Shown piece after piece: positions 1 to 8,570 of a stretch of 22,961 bases of DNA (positions within the stretch are counted from its first letter, which is position 1; each line of letters opens with the position of its first letter). The notes under the pieces are model-generated. The model was not told where the DNA came from and did not search any database. It saw only the letters and a list, made by a program, of their open reading frames with translations. Origin of the DNA: an uncultured archaeon (lineage in GTDB: Archaea; Asgardarchaeota; Thorarchaeia; Thorarchaeales; Thorarchaeaceae); the NCBI GenBank assembly GCA_964473825.1, contig CAYYQL010000039.1, positions 1-22,961 on the forward strand, given 5' to 3'. Both the position numbers and the translations under genes were made by a program.

Positions 1-2
1 CT

Positions 3-2726
3 GGGAAGATTACGCGAAGGTGGTACTATGAACGGGATCCCACACCCCGGCCTGAAATACCTGCCCGGCCTCGTAGCCTCTGCTGCCCGCCAGTTCCTTC
101 TGAGTTGAGTGCTGTGACTCTTGACAGCTATAGCACACTGAGATGGGAACTCAGGCGTCTTCTGGCAACTGCAAGATACTTGGTAGTACAACCCCTAGGC
201 AAGACACTCAAGGGTGTCTGCGAGGAGATTGCCAACCTCTGTCAGGATGTCCTCTCAGACTCTGAAGACACTGGAGATTCTAGTTCTTACCTTGATACCC
301 TGTCCTTGGTGCGAGATATCATCCTCTCAGAAACATCCCTATCTCTGGTCTGGGAGAGTCTCCGACCCGGACGGGAGCAGCTTATCGACCTCCTGAACTC
401 TGACAACAGGAAACATCTGGAGACCATCACAAAAGAGATTCCGGATGCTCTTCTTCTCTACGGAAACAACCTGTTCCTCATGGGCTGCGCGGCTGCGCAG
501 GAGGAGAACTCTTGTCACTACGAGACGCTGTGGGCAGCAGTGGCTGAGTGGACGCTCTACCAGATGGGACTACGGTCCAAGGACAGTGCCTTCAAATCGA
601 AGTATGACCTCTATTCCATCTACCGGAGCCTTCGGTCCCGCGCACGGACTCTATCTGACCGAAGCATCCCGGAGACCTCCCTCTCACAGGCATCCACTGG
701 CCAAGTCATCTGGTGGGAGGAGGGAGATGTCAGCAAGGCCCTCCTGGTGTTTCCTGACCAGCGGGGTGAGATGGTCTCAGGCCTGGTCACCACCGGGGCC
801 GATGCGTCTCTCCGACCGACGTGGTATCGATGTGATATGCATCCAGGCTCACTGAGGGAGTACTCAAGGAGTGCTCTGAGCTCAGAGGAACGGACGACCA
901 TCATGCTTTCGGATGTGGCTGAGCACCGGGTGCTATGGCTGCCCAGTGAGGATGACGAGTGGTGGCCGTATCTCCTCACCCACGGATACCCCGACAAGAA
1001 CCAGCGGACCATTCCCTGGCTTCGACTCACTGATCCCTTCACGGTCCCCGATATCGCCCAGAGTCTGCTCATCCCGCCAACACCTCACAGCAAGCCGGGT
1101 CAGGTTGTGGACCGGTATCTTCTCGAGCTCGGCCAGCTGGAGAGAACGGTCACACCTGTCAAGCTGGAGGTCTCTATCGATAAGCATCGAAGAGTGTATG
1201 TCGTCCAGTTCACAGACGACACTGTTTCAGTGGAGGAGGAGTTCAGCGACACTGACGAGCTGGTGGCGGTCCTCCGCTATCCCATCCGAAGAGGCGTTGG
1301 ATACAACACTGCTGCCGGGCCGGTCACGTGGGACCACAAAGAGGACATCACGTACACGGATGACTCACTGACCTTCCTCATCCCACTGGTCCTGAAGAGC
1401 AGGTTTCTCCCTGATCACTATTCCTATCCAGAGAGCTGCGCTGAGTTGTTGGCGTTATCGGCGGGCGGAGCCGTGACACTGACGATATGGACTGAGAGGA
1501 GTAGAAGCGGATTTCGGCTGCAGCTCCAGGGACTGGAGGAAGACTCATCGCTCAGATCCCTCGAAGAGGCCTCTCCCTCTCTCTACGAGGTGGGCCTTCT
1601 TGCTCAGTGCAAACAGCTCATCGACACTGAAAACCGGCTTCGCCATGGGGTGGAGCTGGACGTGTCAGGCCTCTTAGACCTGAGTGCGTCACAGGTGGAC
1701 CGGTATCCTGCCCTCGCTCATGCACTGGCACAGGTGGATCGGGACGCCTTCGACTGGAGTCGTGGCTCGTGGGGTGTGCGGTGGAGCTATGTTTCACGCG
1801 AAGACCGGCTGACGTGGAGCATCCTTGAATTCTCCTCTCGGCGAGCATGGCTGGACCAGACCTATACGTTTCAGCCCGATTCTAGTTCCAGCACTGATAC
1901 CGTCCTAGAGGCGTTCAAGCAAGACGTCGCCGCTGTGGTGCCGCTCAGATATCTTGATGGGTTCGAGGACTCCACGGAAGACCTCAGGCATGAGCTGGGG
2001 AGTCGTGGCTGGAGGGACACACCTCCGATATATAGAGGGGAGGTCCAGCATGGAGTGGAGGAGTCTACCCTGGTCATCAAGAGGGTGGAGAGAGATGGAT
2101 CATTGAAGCGGGTGGAGGCCATCAGTCTCACCGCTGAGCGGATAGAGGAACTCCTTGAGGTACTTGACCACGAGGGGTTCGAGGCCTGGCCGTACTCTCT
2201 CGAGAATCAGGGGGCCATACAGGAGGCGCTCGAGGCAATCCGCGAGGGAGCGGATCTCTCTGACATGGCCGTAAATGAGGACGATGTACTCGCGAGGGAG
2301 TACGAAGAAGCCATCACAGAATATAGAGAGGAGGTCCTAGAGGCGCCTGAGGAGCTGAAGGATCTAGCGAAGACGCTGGTCTACTACGGTCAGTTTCAAA
2401 CTCAGAGGGGGCAACTGGCGGAGGCGTTTCAACTCGTGGAGGAGGGGGTCGGTCTGCTCAGGGAGGAGGACCTAATCAACGTCGGAGTCCTTGAGGGTCT
2501 TGCGAGAGGACTTGTCCTCAGGGCCCACTGCCTCCTTCATCTTGACATTGAACGTCAGGATGAGGCCAAGAGAGACCTAGAAGGGGCGAGAGGGCTCTTG
2601 GAGGAGCTTCGAAGACGTGGAGAGATGATCACTGTAGATACCTTGGCAACCAGAATACAAGCCCTTCAGGTACAGATTCATGATGACTCGGACGGAATTA
2701 ACGGGAGCCGAGTTGATACTTCGTGA
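3..2726 (+). CDS. Large hypothetical protein, 5'-truncated by the window edge, with an acidic and TPR-like helical C-terminus
   Basis: The frame of the 105..2726 ORF stays open back to position 3 (GKITRRWYYERDPTPRPEIP...), so TTG at 105 is probably not the real start. The C-terminal ~130 aa (LAKTLVYYGQFQTQRGQLAEAFQLVEEG...LARGLVLRAHCLL...DEAKRDLEGA) look TPR-like. No catalytic motif recognised. Confidence 0.8.
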   Translation, partial: GKITRRWYYERDPTPRPEIPARPRSLCCPPVPSELSAVTLDSYSTLRWELRRLLATARYLVVQPLGKTLKGVCEEIANLCQDVLSDSEDTGDSSSYLDTLSLVRDIILSETSLSLVWESLRPGREQLIDLLNSDNRKHLETITKEIPDALLLYGNNLFLMGCAAAQEENSCHYETLWAAVAEWTLYQMGLRSKDSAFKSKYDLYSIYRSLRSRARTLSDRSIPETSLSQASTGQVIWWEEGDVSKALLVFPDQRGEMVSGLVTTGADASLRPTWYRCDMHPGSLREYSRSALSSEERTTIMLSDVAEHRVLWLPSEDDEWWPYLLTHGYPDKNQRTIPWLRLTDPFTVPDIAQSLLIPPTPHSKPGQVVDRYLLELGQLERTVTPVKLEVSIDKHRRVYVVQFTDDTVSVEEEFSDTDELVAVLRYPIRRGVGYNTAAGPVTWDHKEDITYTDDSLTFLIPLVLKSRFLPDHYSYPESCAELLALSAGGAVTLTIWTERSRSGFRLQLQGLEEDSSLRSLEEASPSLYEVGLLAQCKQLIDTENRLRHGVELDVSGLLDLSASQVDRYPALAHALAQVDRDAFDWSRGSWGVRWSYVSREDRLTWSILEFSSRRAWLDQTYTFQPDSSSSTDTVLEAFKQDVAAVVPLRYLDGFEDSTEDLRHELGSRGWRDTPPIYRGEVQHGVEESTLVIKRVERDGSLKRVEAISLTAERIEELLEVLDHEGFEAWPYSLENQGAIQEALEAIREGADLSDMAVNEDDVLAREYEEAITEYREEVLEAPEELKDLAKTLVYYGQFQTQRGQLAEAFQLVEEGVGLLREEDLINVGVLEGLARGLVLRAHCLLHLDIERQDEAKRDLEGARGLLEELRRRGEMITVDTLATRIQALQVQIHDDSDGINGSRVDTS

Positions 2727-3337
2727 AACAGGTCTTCATTAGAACTGGTTTTCGAGGAACACTATGGGTACAAGTGATTTCATCAGAAATCATAGAGCAG
2801 ACACGATTGCATTCACGTTGACGGGCGGCGGGGCCAGACGAGAGTCCTCCACTTATCGTAGGAAACCGCTCGGAACTCTCCACTCTGACAGCGGATTCAC
2901 AATCTTGGACTGCAGTTTTGCAGCTGAACGATTTGACCTAGAAGTCAAAATCAGAATCAGCCTATTGAGGTTCTATAGAACCAAGAAGGCTGTTGGGCGT
3001 TTCGTGCGACATTTGAATGAACCAATCAGGGAATTCCCCTTCCTACCACAGTTTGTCGATTCCGACAACTCCCTTAAGAATAGAGAGAATGAAAAGAAAC
3101 TAACGTTCCCAGCGAAGAGGGGGAGTAGGACCACATGAAGACGCAGAGGGGTGTGTGACCTATTCAGTTGAGCTGAACTCTTTGATGGTCTGTACTTCAG
3201 GCTTCTGGGTATTTCTCTATCTTTTCTCTTGCTAGTGAAGGGTCATCGACTGCTGAGAATAGAAATCTAGTTGACCAATCGACTTGTAATCCATTCCTAA
3301 ATACAACGTTTTCATGTGGACAGTAGACTTTGGAGCT

Positions 3338-4225
3338 TCAACCAAGTGCTTCAGGTACCACTTCAGCAATATGTGCAAGCGATTCCATGACTTCTGAGCC
3401 TGTCAATTCAAATATGAGGGGGCCATCAAACTCGTCCTTTACTAGCTCAAGAAGAAACTCCCGAACAGGCATTTCGCCTTGGCCCAAGGGAATATGATCC
3501 CTATGGATTGCAGTATCCCCAATCTCATGATATGACCCGTCATGAAGATGTAACTCGACAATTCTGTCTTTGTGCTTGCCATAGAACTCACTGACTGACT
3601 CACTTCCTGAATACTTCGTTAGGAGATGCCCTGTGTCAAAGCAGATACTTGTGTCATATTCGTCAACAAGATTTCTCGTGATTTCAAATGGAAACTCGAT
3701 GTTCTCAATAGCCAATCGTCGAGGATTCATCTCGGTTTCAGTGATGATCTCTTCTATGCTTCGTGCAGAGAATCCAGCCATGAGAGTGCAGATCAGCATG
3801 ACCATCTCTCTTGGGAAATCGAGGTTTGAGAATTCCGCCGCAAGAGGACCGGTTGAATGGAGAACATAATACTCTGGTTCCAATGGCTCAGTCAGTTTGA
3901 TTGAATGGACAACACTTTCCACACTGCCAGAACGTATGTACTCGTTGAAGCTCGCAGGCTCAAGGGACCAGAGTGGAAGATGAGCAGTGTATGAGTGCCC
4001 CAGTTCATCCTTCAATTTTCTCAGTTCATCGATTATCTCGGGAGTCAATGCACCTGGTATGATGTGCTCAATGTCAAGAGTCAGCTCGATCACACTGATA
4101 TGATTGGTATCCAATGCTTCTCTCACGATTTCAAGGATATCGAATCTTGAAAAGTCCGGTACGCCATCTACTAGCACTCTCTTCGCTGCAGGTTTGAACT
4201 CCAATGGTACAACACCATATCGCAT
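3338..4225 (-). CDS. Xylose-isomerase/AP-endonuclease-2 TIM-barrel metallohydrolase, CbiR (cobamide-remodelling phosphodiesterase)-like
   Basis: Metal-ligand motifs YTAHLPL, YVLH, AIEN, ICFDTGH, HLHDG, DHIPLG and LIFE. The fold call is strong; the CbiR subfamily call is tentative. Confidence 0.75.
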   Translation of the reverse strand: MRYGVVPLEFKPAAKRVLVDGVPDFSRFDILEIVREALDTNHISVIELTLDIEHIIPGALTPEIIDELRKLKDELGHSYTAHLPLWSLEPASFNEYIRSGSVESVVHSIKLTEPLEPEYYVLHSTGPLAAEFSNLDFPREMVMLICTLMAGFSARSIEEIITETEMNPRRLAIENIEFPFEITRNLVDEYDTSICFDTGHLLTKYSGSESVSEFYGKHKDRIVELHLHDGSYHEIGDTAIHRDHIPLGQGEMPVREFLLELVKDEFDGPLIFELTGSEVMESLAHIAEVVPEALG

Positions 4226-4317
4226 CTGGGGGCACTCCAGTCCTGTTATCCGGTTTCAGATACTTGTGCAATCTTGGCTTCGGACAGTATAACTATGGCA
4301 TGAGTCATGTCGATTGA

Positions 4318-4818
4318 TCACGATCTCCGAGAAGGTAACTTCTTCAGATCATGTTCCTCAACGACCGAGTCAACTTCTAAGGCCTCAACCTTTAGGATCT
4401 TATCGCCTTCCCTTATCCTCTTTGCGACATCAAAACCATCCTCCACCACTCCAAAGACGGTGTGTTTCCTATCAAGATGCTTGCAGTTAATCGGATTGAG
4501 AACTATGAAGAACTGACTACCGCCTGTATCCTTTCCTGCATGGGCCATAGAGATAGCCCCCTTCACATGGTGTTGACGATCCCCCTCTGTTTCACACGGG
4601 ATTGCATAACCCGGGCCCCCCGCACCGGTGCCTGTTGGATCGCCGCCCTGTATCACAAAATTGTCTACCACCCTGTGAAAGGTAAGCCCATCATAGTAGC
4701 CGCTTCTTACTAGTTCGACGAAATTCTTAACACTGTTAATTGCTGCATCTGGCCACAGCTCAAGCATAATTGTTCCTTTCTTAGTTTCCATTTTTACTCT
4801 TGTCGTCAATGTTCTCAT
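4318..4818 (-). CDS. ppiA: Cyclophilin-type peptidyl-prolyl cis-trans isomerase
   Basis: FHRVVDNFVIQGGDP, GAISMAHAGKDTGGSQFFI and HLDRKHTVFG motifs. Confidence 0.95.
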   Translation of the reverse strand: MRTLTTRVKMETKKGTIMLELWPDAAINSVKNFVELVRSGYYDGLTFHRVVDNFVIQGGDPTGTGAGGPGYAIPCETEGDRQHHVKGAISMAHAGKDTGGSQFFIVLNPINCKHLDRKHTVFGVVEDGFDVAKRIREGDKILKVEALEVDSVVEEHDLKKLPSRRS

Positions 4819-4910
4819 CCATCCTCTATCTAGTGACTCTATGTATTTCTCGCATGAACCATAGGCACTTAGAAGTTGTGATATTCACTTCCTCTACCAA
4901 TCCTGACATC

Positions 4911-4918
4911 TTATTAAT
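4911..4918 (+). promoter_or_regulatory. Candidate TATA box for trm1-rlmE
   Basis: TTATTAAT lies ~26-33 nt upstream of ATG 4944, consistent with a leaderless or short-leader transcript. Confidence 0.4.
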
Positions 4919-4943
4919 CTCATAGAGTGTAGGTTGGTTGCTT

Positions 4944-6143
4944 ATGACACAACTCAAGGAATACCGAGAAGGTTTCACCTCTTTCGTTAGTGCAGATGTA
5001 CAACACTACAGCGAGAAGCAGGGCCAACCCACTGCTGACATGCCGGTATTCTACAATCCAAGGATGCGCATCAATCGAGACATCTCCGTGGTCTTTCTCT
5101 CCGAATATCTGAAGAGATGGGATGTCCACCTTTTCTGTGAACCTCTTGCCGGCTCGGGGGTCAGAACACTTCGTTATCTCAATGAATGCCGGGGCGAACA
5201 CCGTGGATTGATGTTCGATGTCAATCCTGAGGCAGTAAGAATTATGCAGAAGAATATCGAGGCGAATAGGCTTTCTGACAGGGCCTCTGTTGTACAAGGC
5301 GATGCGAAGGTTCTGTTACTTTCGGAATCTCGCACCAAGAGGTTCGATTTTGTGGATGTAGATCCCTTTGGTACCCCGGTCCCATACCTGAATGCTGCTA
5401 TACAATCTCTAAATCCGAAAGGAGCACTCCTCGCTCTAACAGCTACAGATATGCCTGCTCTCTGCGGTGTCTATCCTCGGGTAGCTTTTCGGAAGTATAT
5501 GGGCTTCTCTATCAGGTCTCCTGTTTCACACGAGATAGCGGTGCGCTTACTACTTGGAAAAGCGTATTCTGCGACAGGTGCCAATGATAGATCCATTAGT
5601 CCACTGGCTGTATTGAGCACGGATCACTATATCCGTGTATGGCTTCGAGTCGAGTCAAGCTGCAAGACTAGCAACAGGCAGGCCAAGAAGATAGGAATGC
5701 TGAGGTATTGTCCGTGTTGTATGAATATGGACATGATATCACTCAGGGAAGGTCTAGCTACCGATTTCAATCACTGCCGAGATGCTTGCGGAGGAACTCC
5801 TGAAGCAGCTGGACCTCTTTGGATAGGTAAGCTCTACGATCTCGAGTTTATCAGAAACGCTCAGGAAACCATGTCACAATACAGAATCAACAAGAAGGCA
5901 CAAAAACTGATACAACTCATGAGTGACGAGGCCCCACTGACAGATGCACCGTATATAGATATTCATTCAATATGTGATTCATACAATCTCACTCCTCCAA
6001 GTAACAAGAATCTAATCGCTCTGCTAACCGAATGGGGTCATGAAACAACCAGAACCCACTTTCGTCCAACAGCATTAAGAACAGAGGCTCCCCCCTGCCA
6101 AGTGATCAGAGCAATATACAACATGAAAGGAGTCACTGCTTAA
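4944..6143 (+). CDS. trm1: tRNA (guanine26-N2)-dimethyltransferase Trm1
   Basis: VFYNPRMRINRD, EPLAGSGVRTLRY, VDVDPFGTP, TATD, GPLWIG and RTHF motifs, plus a Cys-rich Zn-finger segment. ATG 4944 preferred over TTG 4938. Confidence 0.96.
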   Translation: MTQLKEYREGFTSFVSADVQHYSEKQGQPTADMPVFYNPRMRINRDISVVFLSEYLKRWDVHLFCEPLAGSGVRTLRYLNECRGEHRGLMFDVNPEAVRIMQKNIEANRLSDRASVVQGDAKVLLLSESRTKRFDFVDVDPFGTPVPYLNAAIQSLNPKGALLALTATDMPALCGVYPRVAFRKYMGFSIRSPVSHEIAVRLLLGKAYSATGANDRSISPLAVLSTDHYIRVWLRVESSCKTSNRQAKKIGMLRYCPCCMNMDMISLREGLATDFNHCRDACGGTPEAAGPLWIGKLYDLEFIRNAQETMSQYRINKKAQKLIQLMSDEAPLTDAPYIDIHSICDSYNLTPPSNKNLIALLTEWGHETTRTHFRPTALRTEAPPCQVIRAIYNMKGVTA

Positions 6144-6144
6144 G

Positions 6145-6750
6145 ATGGGCAGACCACGAGGAAACCGGAGAAAGGAACACTATTACAGGAATGCAAAGAA
6201 ACAGGGCTATCGCAGCCGTTCCGCATTTAAACTCAAACAGATAATTCGCAAGTACAAACTTCTGGCGGGCGTTGATAGGGTTGTGGAGCTATGCTCTAGC
6301 CCTGGTGGTTGGACTCAGGTACTGCGAGAGAAGGGAGATCATCTCGAAATCGTGGCAGTGGATATCGCCCCCATGCCACCTCTACCCCGAGTTTCATTCA
6401 TCAAGGGTGACATAACAGACTCCCAGATCATCGATGAGGTCAGACAACGTATTGGGGGTACTGCCGATTTGATACTCTCAGATTGTTCTCCTAATGTCAC
6501 CGGGGTTTGGGAGGTTGATGTAGCAAGACAGCTCGAACTTGCCAAAGCAACGGTGAACTTGGGGACAGAGATTCTTACTAAGAATGGGAAAGTACTTGCA
6601 AAGGTATTCCAAGGTACCGGTTTCAAGGAGTTCCTTCAGTCTGTCAGAACCAAGTTCGAGTCGGTCCGCTTGGTCAAGCCCGATGCATCTCGAAGAACAA
6701 GTGCCGAAATCTACATGTTAGCAACGTGTCCAAAAGGAGCGAGAGAATAG
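6145..6750 (+). CDS. rlmE: RlmE/FtsJ-family RNA 2'-O-methyltransferase
   Basis: GYRSRSAFKL, LCSSPGGW, GDIT, LSD, AKVFQG and KPDASRRTSAEIY motifs; the K-D-K-E tetrad is present. Starts 1 nt after the trm1 stop. Confidence 0.93.
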   Translation: MGRPRGNRRKEHYYRNAKKQGYRSRSAFKLKQIIRKYKLLAGVDRVVELCSSPGGWTQVLREKGDHLEIVAVDIAPMPPLPRVSFIKGDITDSQIIDEVRQRIGGTADLILSDCSPNVTGVWEVDVARQLELAKATVNLGTEILTKNGKVLAKVFQGTGFKEFLQSVRTKFESVRLVKPDASRRTSAEIYMLATCPKGARE

Positions 6751-6757
6751 AGGACTA

Positions 6758-7105
6758 CTAGGTTGTTTCCGAACCTATCATCCATTGATCTAAATCTCTA
6801 CAGTTAACTGGGGAGTCCGGTTGTCTTATTCCACATCTTGTTATCTTGAGACAGTGAAAACAGGGACATCCATTCAAATCTGATAGATTGCCACGTTGTG
6901 CCTCATCGGTCATGCTTTTGCGTATGAAGAGTCTTGTCGTTTCCATTTCTTGTTTCTGCATTATTAGTCCCTCTAACAATAGTCGTTGAGCTACGTCCGA
7001 TACCATATTGGAGTCGATGTTCAATCTAGTTTCTAGTTCCTCAATGAGCAGACCTGTCTGACCTGCAGCTCGGAGAGCATTCAGTATGCGGTCGGCTTCA
7101 CTCAT
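6758..7105 (-). CDS. Transcription factor E beta subunit (archaeal RPC34/C39 homolog): winged helix plus [4Fe-4S] domain
   Basis: N-terminal winged-helix pattern followed by CPCFHC-x4-C-x7-P-x2-C-x2-L-x2-W. It neighbours Gar1 and trm1, the conserved context of this family. Confidence 0.85.
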   Translation of the reverse strand: MSEADRILNALRAAGQTGLLIEELETRLNIDSNMVSDVAQRLLLEGLIMQKQEMETTRLFIRKSMTDEAQRGNLSDLNGCPCFHCLKITRCGIRQPDSPVNCRDLDQWMIGSETT

Positions 7106-7282
7106 TTCAATGACCTTTAGCTAGACACATGACAAGAAAGGACAAGGTACAGCATCCTTAATTTAATGTTCGGAAGCTACCAGTCCACTCCTGTGTTTCG
7201 ACGTACACTTCTGTACGCCCATGTATATAGTCAACATAATGGTGTCCTTACAGAAAAACGCATCGAAACCCGAATTTCTGGA

Positions 7283-7522
7283 TCACTTCTTGTACAGATA
7301 AAGCATCTGATCTACCAGACTATGACCATCCACTTCGCTCTTTGGTCGAACTGACACGTACGGCCGGTGCACAGGTCCAAACACATCTTGTACTCTACCC
7401 ACCAACTGCACTTTCTTGTCAACAACCTGTGCACCGATAGGTGGTATCTTCTCAGATCGCAAGATTATCGAACCTCTGTGACTGACATGTGTGACCTTGC
7501 CCAATCTTCTCAATAGAATCAT
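7283..7522 (-). CDS. gar1: H/ACA RNP subunit Gar1
   Basis: LRRLGKVTHVS, PPIG, VGRVQDVFGPVHRPYVSV; typical archaeal Gar1 size. Confidence 0.93.
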   Translation of the reverse strand: MILLRRLGKVTHVSHRGSIILRSEKIPPIGAQVVDKKVQLVGRVQDVFGPVHRPYVSVRPKSEVDGHSLVDQMLYLYKK

Positions 7523-7529
7523 CCCTCAG

Positions 7530-7928
7530 TTATCTTCGTCGTTTCCCTTTAGTACCCTTCTTCCGAGATCTCTTCACTGCCGCCTCTCTCTGAGCAATTA
7601 TTCTTCTGACACCCTTCGCAAGCATCAGCAGGACTCTCTTCTTGTTATGTCCCTGTTCATTGTCCAGTAGAATATAGCCACTCTTTCGCGTTGGAGTCCG
7701 CGGATATTTCTTGTCTGGTTCAATCTCACATTCAAGACCTATGTTCTCAGCTGCTTTTTCGAGTACACGTACATCCACATCCGGCGCAGCTAGGTTCTTT
7801 GGTATTCGCCGTCCCTCTCTTCTTGTCAGTTCGGAATCAAGATACTGGGGCCAGACAATCACCTTATCATTCCGTTGCTTCATCTTCAGATCTGACCTGA
7901 CTCTGGGATTTCTTTTTATCTTTCCCAT
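7530..7928 (-). CDS. srp19: Signal recognition particle protein SRP19
   Basis: VWPQYLDSELTRREGRRIPK and KKYPR motifs, with basic N- and C-terminal extensions. Confidence 0.93.
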   Translation of the reverse strand: MGKIKRNPRVRSDLKMKQRNDKVIVWPQYLDSELTRREGRRIPKNLAAPDVDVRVLEKAAENIGLECEIEPDKKYPRTPTRKSGYILLDNEQGHNKKRVLLMLAKGVRRIIAQREAAVKRSRKKGTKGKRRR

Positions 7929-8013
7929 TGCTTCATGAACTTGTCAGGGGGCAAACAGGCCAAGAACTACTTAAAGGTACACTATGACCGAAGGTTAACA
8001 GGGAGAATTTCCT

Positions 8014-8505
8014 TTGCCTCGAAAAAGTAAAGATGTGTACTTTGCTGAGATTGCAGACCTTGTGTCTTCACGCAGTACATGTCTTCGCAACAAAGTTGGT
8101 GCAGTACTTGTAAAAGATTCTCAGATACTCTCTACAGGTTACAATGGTGCCCCAAAGCGATTGCCGCACTGTGAGGAAGTGGGTTGCATTAGGGAAAAGA
8201 TGGGCGTAAAACCGGGCGAGCGCCACGAGTTGTGCCGTGGTCTGCATGCTGAACAAAATGCCATTATCCAGGCTGCCTACCATGGTGTTAGTGCCAAAGG
8301 CGCGATACTCTATTGCACGACAAGACCCTGCAGCATCTGTACAAAGATGCTCATCAATGCGGGGATCAAGGAGATTGTCTATGTCGAAGACTATCAAGAC
8401 AAATTGGCTGCACAATTGCTTAATGAAGCCGAGATGAAAATCCGTAGAATCCGCGTTCCACGAAAGTACGGTCGCAATGCAATCTCTGAATATGCTGATA
8501 CCTGA
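8014..8505 (+). CDS. dCMP deaminase (ComEB-type Zn-dependent deaminase)
   Basis: RSTCLR, VGAV, TGYNG, HAEQNA and PCSIC motifs. TTG start is preceded by GGGAG. Confidence 0.92.
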   Translation: MPRKSKDVYFAEIADLVSSRSTCLRNKVGAVLVKDSQILSTGYNGAPKRLPHCEEVGCIREKMGVKPGERHELCRGLHAEQNAIIQAAYHGVSAKGAILYCTTRPCSICTKMLINAGIKEIVYVEDYQDKLAAQLLNEAEMKIRRIRVPRKYGRNAISEYADT

Positions 8506-8570
8506 CTCTCAAAAGCTTAAAGAGCGAATCGACCACTCATCATCTTGATCTTCAACTGAGGTTTATCACT

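Noticed and set aside
2816-2835. Minus-strand CCGCCCGTCA resembling a conserved 16S rRNA motif
   Set aside because: Only ~10 nt match, with no flanking rRNA-like sequence.
2764-3138. 124-aa ORF downstream of the large gene
   Set aside because: No recognisable family and an Arg/Phe/Ser-rich composition typical of chance ORFs; not supported as a CDS, though not excluded.
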